DNA of 64,000 nucleotides from Octopus vulgaris. Its lineage: Eukaryota. Made by a program: the position numbers and the translations under genes. The notes beneath the pieces were generated by a model that worked only from the letters and a program-made list of their open reading frames with translations, made no database searches and was not told where the DNA came from. The stretch is from NCBI GenBank assembly GCA_951406725.2, contig OX597825.1, positions 61,876,001 to 61,940,000 on the forward strand, in the 5' to 3' direction. Below are positions 1 through 11,482 of this stretch, piece after piece (the stretch's first letter is position 1; each line of letters opens with the position of its first letter).

Positions 1-70
1 GGATAAATTAAAGTGTTCTAATGATTTCGGAGTGTTTAAAATGCTTTGTATGCTTTGATACTGGTGATAC

Positions 71-424
71 TCTCTTTTACTTGTTTCAGTCATTTGACTG
101 CGGCCATGCTGGAGCACCACCTTTTAGTACTTATTCTATCGGTCTCTTTTTGCCGAACCGCTAAGTGACGGGGACGTAAACACACCAGCATCGGTTGTCA
201 AGCAATGCTAGGGGGACAAACACAGACACACAAACACACACACATATACATATATATATATACATATATACGACAGGCTTCTTTCAGTTTCCGTCTACCA
301 ACTCCACTCACAAGGCATTGGTCGGCCCGGGGCTATAGCAGAAGACACTTGCCCAAGATGCCACGCAGTGGGACTGAACCCGCAACCGTGTGGTTGGTTA
401 GCAAGCTACTTACCACACAGCCAC
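71..424 (-). mobile_element. SINE family A (tRNA-derived head, CORE-like segment, internal TA/TG microsatellite), internally deleted copy
   Basis: Reverse complement matches the full + strand copy at 56318-56730 (GTGGCTGTGTGGTAAG A-box, GGTTCAGTCCC B-box, CTTGGGCAAGTGTCTT, tail ATGACTGAAACAAGTAAAAGA). Confidence 0.9.
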
Positions 425-674
425 ATTTCCATCTTCAATCTCTATCTCCTTACAAACTTCGTAGATGAAAGATCTGCCAACTTTTAAAAATTGACATATT
501 TCTAAATCACTATGCTCAGCATTTACAACTACAATTACAGCATGCCTATTCATTCCTTGAGTAAGCTGAGAATCTGCCATTATTATTTTCTGAAACAAAG
601 ATTATACAGAGTTAGTAAAAAATGCACCAATGCCCCCGAAAAGGTAGGTCCCCAAATACCTCACACAACCTGTA
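425..674 (-). mobile_element. Tc1/mariner-superfamily 5' fragment (TIR plus transposase N-terminal HTH)
   Basis: ORF 410-598 MNRHAVIVVVNAEHSDLEICQFLKVGRSFIYEVCKEIE resembles a transposase N-terminus and the related fragment at 43122; terminus TA-CAGGTTG on - strand. Confidence 0.6.
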
Positions 675-679
675 AGGGT

Positions 680-1016
680 AAAGACCCCCTTCGGTCATGA
701 ATGACCATGGGATTGCACCTAGAAAGTTACCCTCCTAGACACAAGTCCGGGCAAGGTTGTTTATGGAAGACCAGCAGTCGCCCATGCATACCAGCCTCTC
801 CTCTCCACGCCACCAGTGTTATCCAAGGGAAAGACAAAGGTCGATACAGCTTGGCACCAGTGACGTCGCAACTCATTTCTACAGCTGAGTGAACTGGAGC
901 AACGTGAAATAAAGTGCCTTGCTCAAGAACACAACACGCAGCCCGGTCCGGGATTCGAGCTCACAACCTCACGATCGTAAGCTCGACGCTCTAACCACTG
1001 AGCCATGTGCCTTCAC
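680..1016 (-). mobile_element. SINE family B, full length
   Basis: tRNA-like head (TGGCTCAGTGG ... GCTCGAATCC); matches + copy 31143-31455; CACAACCTGTA repeated at 664-674 and 1014-1024 (TSD). Confidence 0.9.
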
Positions 1017-1318
1017 AACCTGTATATATATATATATATATATATATAAGTTAAAATATGCTACATCTTAATTGATTGAGTCTTCTCAACAGACTAAACA
1101 TATCAACATTTGTATGTTTGCGTGCGCATGTGTGTGTTAGTATATTTAAAACAAAAAAAGACCGTTATAATTGTAGATGCACAGAAAAACAACAAAAAGC
1201 ATCTACACTTATGACGGTTTCTTTTGTTTTAAAGATACTATCATGCACATACACACGTAGATATGCAAATGATGATATGTTTAGTCTGTTGAGAAGACTC
1301 AGTCAATTATGGTGTACC

Positions 1319-1525
1319 ATCATCATCATCATTGTTTAGCGTCCGTTTTCCATGCTAGCATGGGTTGGACGGTTCAACTGGGGTCTGTGAAGCCAGAAGG
1401 CTTCATCTGGCCCAGTCAGATCTGGCAGTGTTTCTACAGCTGGATGCCCTTCCTAACGCCAACCACTCCGTGAGTGTAGTGGGTGCTTTTTACGTGCCAC
1501 CCGCACAGGTGCCAGACAGAGCTGG
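1319..1525 (-). mobile_element. Repeat family E (RTE-associated/Ceph-like segment GGCGTTAGGAAGGGCATCCAGCTGTAGAAAC, (GAT)n tail), 5'-truncated
   Basis: Near-identical to 55515-55715 and to the reverse complement of 38960-39160. Confidence 0.85.
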
Positions 1526-1913
1526 TATGAAGAAATATTTAATTTGCAATTTTCAAAAGGCAATTCTAATTTATAAATTTGTAATTTGAATGAGTTAGAC
1601 ATGGAAACAATTGTAGGCAAATGTAAATTGACAATATATCAATAAACTGATGTTATCTGCTAAAATTATCCAATTTCCTCTTTGACATGTACTATATTAA
1701 AATATACCCATATATATATCAAAGTGAGGCAAACATCTATTAAAGTATATGTAGACTCCATAATGTGTTTAATATTTGTGCCAATTATTAAATAATAAAC
1801 ATCAATACTACTTAGTAAAACGTGACTCCTGAGTATTTCTTTGATATATAATATTAAACAGGGGAAATGTGGATGCTAACATCCCTTTTAAGATGAATCT
1901 ATATCCTCACAAT

Positions 1914-1950
<37 letters not shown>

Positions 1951-1968
1951 GTACATACACATATTCAA

Positions 1969-2200
1969 GCGTGGCCAATGCCAATGTTGTCTGACTGGCA
2001 CCTATGCTTGTGGTCCTTAAAAACCATCCGCTACACTCTCAGAGTGATTGGCATTAGGAATGGCATCCAGCTGTAGAGACCTTGCCAAATCAGATTGGAG
2101 CCTGGTGCATCCTCCTAGCATACCAATTTTCAGTCAAACTGTCCAATCCATGGTCCTATGGAAAGCAGACATTAAACAACAGCAATGATGATGATGATGA
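1969..2200 (+). mobile_element. Repeat family E, diverged copy
   Basis: CACTCTCAGAGTGATTGGCATTAGGAATGGCATCCAGCTGTAG ... ATGGAAAGCAGACATTAAAC plus (GAT)n tail. Confidence 0.75.
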
Positions 2201-2444
2201 TATATATATATATATATATATACATGTAAATATATATGCGTGTGTGTAAGTGTTTGTGACTCTCCACGTTAACAACCCGTGTTGGTATATTTATGTCCCT
2301 GTAACTTTGCACTTCAGTAAAAGCGACCTATAGAATAAGTACCAGGCTTGTCAAAAAAGAAGTACTAGGGATCGATTAATTCAATTAGAGGTCTTCATAT
2401 ATTTATCTACTTGTCCCTTTCTCTTTCTTTCTCTCTCTCTCTCT

Positions 2445-2496
<52 letters not shown>

Positions 2497-2589
2497 ATAT
2501 ATATATGTATAAATAGATAAGTTGATTATATTACATTGACTAACCCATAACAAAGACATTAAATGATGAGGATTATGCTGACCATGCTA

Positions 2590-3060
2590 CTTGGAATGGA
2601 GATGGGAAAGATATGCAGGGATATATATATGGAAGAACCGTTAGGAGCTTGTACCAAATGTTGGCACTGTAAGTTATAACCAATTACTGAACATGGCACC
2701 ATTGCACAGTGCCAAGGTTTCCAACCACCCCATCAAGAGTAAGGAATGCAATAGTTTAGGTACTACAATAGCTTGGGTATTGAGAGTTGTTTAATATCTT
2801 ATTAAAAAATCTGAGGTACCTATGGAGAGTGGAGTAGATGCTTTCAAGAAACACCTTCAGCTTATGTTGTCCAAGACCCCAGGTGAGCTTCTGACACTGC
2901 AAGAAAATCAAAAGAGGGTAAAAATACCAAACTCCCTCATTTGTCAGAAGCTGACCACAAAAGAGTCCCATTTGCAGATGTAATGAATATGGTGGTACCT
3001 CAGCATTCAGATGGCATTTGTGCTGGAACACATTAAGGAAATAAAGAAATTATAAATATA
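2590..3060 (+). mobile_element. Decayed CR1/L2-group LINE 3' end (ORF2 C-terminus and 3'UTR)
   Basis: Frameshifted translation LEWRWERYAGIYIWK...LVPN...LFNIL...VDAFK matches the typical C-terminal L.RRRERY..IY.WK...GLVPN...LFN.LP...FK pattern. Confidence 0.65.
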
Positions 3061-3227
3061 AAATTGAGGAACACATTAAGGAAATAAAGAAATTATGAAT
3101 ATAAAAAGGGGGTGAAAAATTGGCATTTGAAAATATTAGAAACAGAAACAAGGAATGGAATGAAATAATGTAGTTGTTGCTCTTCACAAATGAATGACTT
3201 GGTTCCATAGAATGAGAAATATTACTG

Positions 3228-3386
3228 GCACACCATTGGTTACAATGACAAGAGTTCCAGTTAATCCGATCAATGGAACAGCCTGCTCATGAAATTAACA
3301 TGCAAATAACCAAGCACTCCACAGACATGCATACCATTAATGTTGTTCATAGCGGAGAGTCAGTGTGACACAGAATCTGACTGGCA
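3228..3386 (-). mobile_element. 3' body/tail fragment of the SINE variant seen at 49094-49480
   Basis: GGAACAGCCTGCTCATGAAATTAAC...AGCACTCCACAGACA shared with 49148-49200. Confidence 0.75.
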
Positions 3387-3534
3387 GTATGTAATGTTTC
3401 ACGAAAATGGAGAATTATAATTGTCAGTACATGTGACTACATTGCTAGAAATAAGAACTAAAATGCTCTAATGCATATCAATGTAGACATATGCACTAAC
3501 AGGGATCTTAATTGTTCGAAAAGTGCCAATATTT

Positions 3535-3880
3535 TTGCTGCTGAGACCCCCTTCGGTCATGACTGTCCATGGGATTGCACCTAGAAAGTTACCCTCCCAG
3601 GCACAAGTCCGGGCAAGGTTGTTTATGGAAGACCATGCAGTCACCCATGCATACTGGCCTCCCCTCTACATGGCACCAGTGTTAGCCAAGGGAGAGGCAA
3701 AGGCTGATATACACATTGGCACCTGTGACATCGCAACTCATTTCTACAGCTGAGTGAACTGGTGCAACATGAAATAAAGTGTCTTGCTCAAGAATACAAT
3801 ACACTGCCTAGTCCAGGGTTCGAACTCACAACCTCATGATCGAAAGCTCGATGCTCTTACCACTGAGCCATATGCCTTCA
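3535..3880 (-). mobile_element. SINE family B, full length, with 9-bp TSD
   Basis: Matches 680-1016; CCAATATTT at 3526-3534 and 3881-3889. Confidence 0.9.
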
Positions 3881-4780
3881 CCAATATTTATATATAGTTA
3901 ATCCCTATACATTTTTTTCTCCCCACTCCATTTTTTTCTTTGAAATACTGATACTGCTCATTTTTGCCTGCAAAGTAAACTGGAACGTAGTGAAATAAAG
4001 TGTCTTGCTCAAGAACACAATACACTGCCAGAATTTGAACTCATAATCTTACAATTGTGAGCCAAATTCCATAACCACTAACCTATGTACATTCTCTTTG
4101 ATATTCTTTACTGTTGTAAATCTGTTCAATAAATACAAGGAAGCAAGAACTGATAATATGCTTATGATCATAATAGTGATTAGTATCAATGCAAATAATT
4201 AAAAGATGAATTCTTTTTCACTTTACCATTATACAACTGTTGTATCTTTTTCATTTTACCATTATACAACATTTATATCTTCAGTCTGTTCTTGTCAGTT
4301 AAATATTTATCAGAAGAAAAGTAGTTCACAGAATCAAATTAATTCTGACAACATGCCAATTCTATTTCTCCCACTTTAACCCTGTTGTATATGACAACAG
4401 ACGTTTTTATACAAGCATACAGGACCAATTTTATAAGAAAGGTGCATGTGTACATACATACATATAAATGTATGTATGCATGTATGTATGTATGTATGTA
4501 TGTATGTATGTATGTATGTATGTATTATGTATGTATGTATACACACACACACATATAGATGCAGCACGGAATTTTGTCAGTGAACAGGTCATGGTCTCAA
4601 AGCGACGAAAATATTTTGACAATTTGAATTTAAATGTTGAAGTGAATCTAACGGTTTTTGTGTGTTTCTTAAATGGCTTCCACGCTGAAATTGTTTTAGT
4701 TCCAGCACATCATGATCTCAGATCAGGTCACTTGCTATGCAAGTACATCTCTGTAATATATATATATATATATATATATA

Positions 4781-5087
4781 GTTGAAATTTATAGAAAAAT
4801 AAAAGATGAAAACGGGTGTATGAACAACAAGCAGGTGTATTAGTTTGATGCTGGTGAAAATGAGACTCCTTTACGTTTTGAGCCTATGCCCTGCAACAGA
4901 AAAGAATAAGAGAAAATAAACAGAGAGAGAATGAAAAAAACTTGTAGATTTAGCAGTCAAGCATGGTGACTGATTAGAAAAGCAAGCTTGAAAGAAGACA
5001 TTGAAAGAAAGGGAGATAATAAAGTGCTGGTGATTTCAAATGAAAGCACATGTGAATGTGTGTGTATGTGAGAATGGTGTGTGTGAA

Positions 5088-5118
<31 letters not shown>

Positions 5119-5566
5119 AGCGCTAGTGACTTTGATGTGTGTGAGTGTGTGCATGCGTAATTGCGTGCAGTTTGCACTGTTTCATCAAAATCGAGAATTA
5201 TAATTGTCACTAAATGTGACTAGGGTGTTAGGAAACACCCACATTGCTAGAAATAAGAGCTAAGATGCTTTAATGCTGTAGTCAACATACATTAATGTAA
5301 ACATATACAATAACGGGGACCTTGATTGTCTGAAAAGTACCAATATTTAAATACATATATAGTTAATCCCTACACATATTTTCTCCCTATGTTTTCCTGT
5401 TTATTCTCCCTCCATATTTTTTCTTCTCAACCCTTTTTCTGTCGAAGAGTGTAGGTTCGAAACAACAATGGCTTTTCATTCTTCCTGTGTGTCAAACTAT
5501 TACACCTGCTTGTTGTTCTCTCACCCGTCTTCATCTTTTGTTGGCTTGTTTTTTATAAATTTGAAC

Positions 5567-5567
<1 letters not shown>
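4781..5567. mobile_element. Two inverted copies of a Penelope-like pLTR-type repeat (family P1) between (TA)n tracts
   Basis: 4781-4930 is a diverged reverse complement of ~5400-5567; hammerhead-like TCGAAGAG-TGTAGG-TTCGAAAC at ~5443-5463; further copies at 41115 and 48228. Confidence 0.6.
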
Positions 5568-5598
<31 letters not shown>

Positions 5599-5762
5599 GT
5601 GTATATATATATATATTATATATATATACAGTATATATATATATATTATATATATATACAGTATATATATATATATATATATTATTTATATATATATATA
5701 TATTATATATATATAATATATATATATATATTATATATATATACAGTATATATATATATTAT
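5567..5762. repeat. Compound (TA)n microsatellite with repeated TATTATATATATATACAG units
   Basis: Direct reading. Confidence 0.95.
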
Positions 5763-6189
5763 AAGTATACAAGACAGAAAATGTCAGAAAGACAGGTCAG
5801 TTATTTCTCTCCAATTTTTTTATAAATTCTTAAATATATCTCCTGTAGATATATATATATATATACACAACCAAACAAACATGATTTTTATTGAACTCAT
5901 AATACTTTTTATAGTCCCATTTTGAATAGTTTCTTAAATACTTTCTTGTATATTGTTTTTAACGTTTTCTTATTATTATCAAAGAATATATATATGTATT
6001 TTGATACTTTTGTGATAACCAGTACTTAACACAACAAAGCTTATACAAAGCTTTACATTTTACTTTTGACAATCTTTTTCTAAAAAAGCTAAACTGGTCA
6101 AGTCAATAAACATCTTTAAAATTGCATTTTCAAACCTTCTTTCATATATATATACATCTTTTCCTTTGGCTGTTTGTCATAGACTGATG

Positions 6190-6800
6190 TTTACTTTTCT
6201 TGTTCCATAACCTTCTCTGCCTGGCTACATCTCTACCCATGTTGGATACAAGGTCTGCTCTTGATCACTGATAACATCTGCTGCAGGAGGAGCTACATGA
6301 TGCGATGGAGAAGTGACACTTTCCATGTGCTCTTATATATTCTCTCTGTCTTTTCTCCTGAATGAGTGGAATTACAAGTTTCAACAAGTGGTGTCATTCA
6401 TCACCCCACAGAGCCTTCTTCTAGGTATGTGCATGGTATGAAGGATGCTGGATTTCTTCAGATGTCACTTCAGCACATCTCAATATTATAGCCTCTGACC
6501 ACTATGGCTACATCAATTCTGACACTGTTCATGATAGAAAACTGTATTTTGGAGACTTGCCCTCCATCCTACAAACATATCCTTCCCACTGCAGCTGCAA
6601 TAAGGTAATGAGGGTCTGCACACTAACTGGGCCAGTGTGGCACATGACTTCTACATTGGGAATACAATTTTGATATCTGATGTGCAAGATGGAGGACAGA
6701 TAATGAAGTTGGACCTTAATGTGCCTGGAATAGAGGGCCTTGCATTCTGTGGCATAGAGAAGACAAGGGATTACTGCAGTACTGTACATTTTTGTCTTTG
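6190..6800 (-). mobile_element. Decayed RTE-clade LINE, ORF C-terminus and 3' end
   Basis: [17 protein letters not shown]...SILHIRYQNCIPNVEV...QLQWEGYVCRME matches the RTE pattern TK..VY.AVV.P.LLYG.E...SIL.I.WQD...N.EV...QLRW.GHV.RM; 6190-6370 resembles 50310-50480. Confidence 0.75.
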
Positions 6801-6807
6801 ATGGATG

Positions 6808-6883
<76 letters not shown>

Positions 6884-6965
6884 GATAGATAGATAGATAA
6901 ATAGGAGGTAGATAGATAGATTGATGGATGGATGGACAGACTGATATATATATATATATATATAT

Positions 6966-7015
<50 letters not shown>

Positions 7016-7185
7016 TGATAGATGGATAAACAGATAGCAAACAGATAGATAGACAAATAGATAGATAGATAGATGGGCAGATGGCAAGATAAATAGATTG
7101 ATAGATAGATAGACTGATGGACAGATGGCAAGATAGATAGATTGATAGATAGAGAGAGAAACAGATAGATAGATGGATAGATAAA
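6801..7185. repeat. (GATA)n/(GATG)n/(TA)n compound microsatellite
   Basis: Direct reading; source of the IYLS-repeat ORFs. Confidence 0.95.
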
Positions 7186-7362
7186 ATCTGCTTTGTTTAC
7201 TGATATCCAAATGATGTTTACATGAATTTTAAATAAGGACATTCTCATTTGTTGATGTAATTTTTTAAAATTCAATTCTCAAAATAGTTTCATTCCTAAG
7301 TGCAAATGCATTATGTGTCCCAACCCGAGTCTTCAATTCTCAACATAATTTCTCAACATTAA

Positions 7363-7441
7363 TATTATCATCATCATCGTCATCGTTGTTGTTGTTATTG
7401 TAATCATCATCATCATCATTATCATTATTATTATTTTATTA

Positions 7442-7496
<55 letters not shown>

Positions 7497-7500
7497 CATC
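7363..7500. repeat. (ATC)/(GTT)/(ATT)n compound microsatellite
   Basis: Direct reading. Confidence 0.95.
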
Positions 7501-7959
7501 GCAATTCCCACCAATGTCGTGACAAACATCTGAATGATAGCAATAGTTTCTCCGTTTCAAAACCTCGAATCTCAATAAGCCATTGCCTTTTTCTGCTTTG
7601 CTAAAAATAGTAATCTGTTTCATACATGGGTGTCATAATTAACTCTTTTGATATGAACCGACCTGAGACCACCGCTGGCTCTTATTATACTGTACCATCC
7701 CTTTTAGTGCATTCATATTCAAATTAAAACCTTCTGTTATAATATTATTTAGGAGTCTTTTGTTAAATTATGTTCTAAACACCAGTTTGATAAATGAAAT
7801 CATTAGTTATTTTAACTAAATCTCTTGAAATTCTTGGATTTTCTCAAAAACACCTTGAAAGTAAACCCATAGAGTGACTGTTTCACCAGAAATATGCCCA
7901 CGGCAGGGATATTACTGAAGGCAGCAACAGCAGCAGTGGCAGCGGCAGCAGCAACAGCA

Positions 7960-8347
7960 GGAGGTGCAATGGCCCAGTGGTTAGGGCAGCGGACTCGTGG
8001 TTGGAGGATCGCGGTTTCGATTCCCAGACCGGGCGTTGTGTGTGTTTATTGAGCGAAAACACCTAAAGCTCCATGAGAATCTGGCAGGAGGTGGTGGCGA
8101 CCCTTGTACTCTTTCGCTACAACTTTCTCTCACTCTTTCTCCCTTTTCTTGTCCCCAACTTCCTATGCAACCACTGAGCCTGGATGCACATTCATCCATC
8201 CGTCGATGCTCTCAGTGTCGGGTGTTGACCTGCTTTCTTTTCTACGGGCCTTATGAATAGCAAAGAACCACGTTTCGGACTTCTCCCACAACAAACAAAT
8301 GGGACAAAGACCGCTTCGCTCAACAAACAAACAAACAAACAAACAAA
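7960..8347 (+). mobile_element. SINE family C (tRNA-Arg-like head), variant with (AAAC)n tail
   Basis: TGGCCCAGTGG A-box and GTTTCGATTCC B-box; head shared with 15467, 49094 and 62791 copies; flanked by AGCA(G/A)CAACAGCAG. Confidence 0.85.
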
Positions 8348-8359
8348 GCAACAACAGCA

Positions 8360-8419
8360 GCATCTTCATCATGATCATCATCGTTATAGTCATCCTCATC
8401 GATATCTTCATCATCATCG

Positions 8420-8457
<38 letters not shown>

Positions 8458-8602
8458 GTCGTCGTCGTCGTCGTCATCATGATCATCATCATCATTATCA
8501 TCATCATCATCATTATCATCATCATTATCATCATTATCTTCATCATCATCATCATCTTCATTATCATCATAGCCACCACCACCACCACTACCACCACTAC
8601 CA
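8360..8602. repeat. (CAT)/(CGT)/(CAC)n microsatellite
   Basis: Direct reading; source of poly-H/I/M ORFs. Confidence 0.95.
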
Positions 8603-9065
8603 TTGTAATCTCCACTTTCGCTTGCAATGGGTCAGATGGAATTTGCTTATTGATATACTAGTAACGTTTGCATGAATTTTAAATAAGGACATTCTCAGCT
8701 GTTTCCAATTATGGTAATATTTCTCCATGGACAAACATCACAGAAGACTGGTTGTAAACAACATCTCATTTCCAACCCTCATGTGATATCAAGTGGGTGG
8801 GCAGGGTGGGCGTGTATACATGCAGCTGGGTCTTAAAATGAAAACAAATTATGTGCAGTTAAAAGATGCACCACAAAGCCAAATGCAGGTGGGAAGTAAT
8901 GCAACTGATTTCAAATTTTGGCACAAGGCCAGAAATTTTGGGGTCAGGTTAAGACAATTACATTGACCTCAGTGTTCACCTGATACCTATTTTATCAACC
9001 CCCAAAAGGATGAAAGGTAAAGTTGACTTAGGTAGAATTTGAACTCAAAATGTGAAAGTAGGCAT

Positions 9066-9460
9066 GGGTATGTCTGTGTAGTAAGTAGCTTGCTTACCAG
9101 CCACATTGTTCCGGGTTCAGTCCCACTGCCTGGCACCTTCGGCAAGTGTCTTTTACTATAGCCTCGGGCTGACCAAAGCCTTGTGAGTGGATTTGGTAGA
9201 TGGAAACTGAAAGAAACCTATCGTATATATGTGTATATGTATATATATGTGTGTATATGTTTGTGTGTCTGTGTTTGTCTCCCCAACATCGCTTGACAAC
9301 CGATGCTGGTGTGAACCGTAACTTAGTGGTTCGGCAAAAGAGACCAATAAAATAAGTATTAGGCTTACAAAGAATAAGTCCTGGGGTCGATTTGCTCAAC
9401 TAAAGGCGGTGCTCCAGCATGGCTGTAGTCAAATGACTGAAACAAGTAAAAGATGTAAAG
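9066..9460 (+). mobile_element. SINE family A, full length
   Basis: Collinear with 56318-56730. Confidence 0.9.
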
Positions 9461-9632
9461 ATGTAAAGATGGACAAAATGCTATTAAGTATTTTACCCAG
9501 CATGTTAATGGTTCTGCCAGCTCACTGCCTTTTGGGAAGTGATGCAATTGAGGAGATCTTGAAGTACATCTACTTAGGGCACACAGTAACTATGTACTGG
9601 TATCGCATAAAATGCCCCAGTATACTCTGTGG

Positions 9633-9920
9633 CAATGATTCCCAAACATTTTCAGGCTGCCATCCCCTTGGCACCAGGTGACACCATCATGCCCCCTCCC
9701 ACTTACCACCACAACCATAGACTGCTTTCTGAAATAAATTCAAAACTAACTGCATTTCACAAATAAAACTTAATCATTAATCCATTATTTTGTTGTTTTT
9801 ACATCCATCACCCACTTTTGGCAACCCTGTTAATGCCACACTTTTTTCAAGGCCCCCCTCCCCCACTGGATCATTCCACTGCCACCAGGGATGCTATACC
9901 ACCCATTTTGGGAAACACCA
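9633..9920. mobile_element. hAT-type MITE inserted into an old family E copy
   Basis: Termini CAATGATTCCCAAA / TTTGGGAAACACCA; 8-bp TSD CTCTGTGG (9625-9632) vs CACTGTGG (9921-9928); rejoined flanks read as family E. Confidence 0.65.
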
Positions 9921-11201
9921 CACTGTGGAATGGTTGGCATTAGAAACCATGCCAGAACAAGCAATGGAGCCTCATGCAGCCCCAATCCTGCCTTGCCATC
10001 TCTAATCAATCTGTCCAATTTATTTCGATTTTGGATTTGGTTTACAAGATTCTTTATATATATATTCATACATTGGCACACATATATATACACACATACA
10101 TGCACATATATACATGTGCATATATACATTAAAGACATATTAAAGTATTTCTTTCTCGTATCATTTGGATTATATTTATATCTCTATTCAAGCACAAACA
10201 TTGATGCAGTGTTGAGATAAGTCTCTTCTTGGTAGCTTCTCACGTCCAAGAAGGATGATTATGCAATTTGTGGGTAAACAACCAGCAGAGATGGCTTGTT
10301 TATAACGATCAAGTATTTGTGAAGTAAACAATTTCGTTGCTTCTCTCAACTCAACATTGTCTGAACAGGTGAATGATGTGCCACTCATCAGATGTTAAAG
10401 CAACTGCAGAGCAATATGAAATGAATGTTTTCTGGTCAAGAACAGATTGCACTACTCACCCTAGGAATTGAAACCACGATCTCATGTTCATGAGCACAAC
10501 ACCTTAACAACTAGACTGCATGCTCTCACTATTTTGCCGAGGAAATATATACTGCTACACCGATGACTATATAGTAATAAATTCAAAAGAGGTACTAATA
10601 TTTATGATATCGAAAATTGTAATTGTGATAATAGATAATTAGTTTTGTAGAGATTATACAGCTATAACTGATTTTTTTTCCTTATTTTGATGTTCATAAG
10701 ATTTATTAGAGACTTTTAACTTTCCTTTCTACTTACAACTTAATAACGTGTCTCTGTTTCATTTTATCTTTATCCATTCTGAACATGGTACATTTATGCA
10801 CAGACACACAAGAGCTCATACATGTGGGTATATGTATGGATACACACATGCATACTCATACACACTTATATAAATATATATATATACAAACATATACAAA
10901 CACATATATATATACATATAAATATAGACGTGTAGACATTTATACATATAAACACATATACATGCATGTGTCTGTATCTAAGTATATATATACATACATA
11001 TGGATAAATAGATATGGATATATTGAAAGAAAACAAACATGCCTACGTTATTTATCAAGACACACCCTTGGGGGATAAATATATGTTGAAAATATATCCA
11101 TATTGCATATTTTTTTAATTTTAGCCTTTCTTCTTTACCTTTGTGTAGTATTTCTCTTTATGCATGGATATCTTAAATCATCAGTACATGCTTATATCTG
11201 A

Positions 11202-11218
11202 ATGTGTGTGTGTATGTA

Positions 11219-11262
<44 letters not shown>

Positions 11263-11304
11263 GTGTGTGTGTGTATGTGAGTATATGTATGTATATATAT
11301 ATGT

Positions 11305-11350
<46 letters not shown>

Positions 11351-11377
11351 GTATCTGCATGTATGTATGTACATATG

Positions 11378-11467
<90 letters not shown>

Positions 11468-11482
11468 TATATATATAAATAT
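11202..11482. repeat. Long (TA)n/(TG)n microsatellite block
   Basis: Direct reading. Confidence 0.95.
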
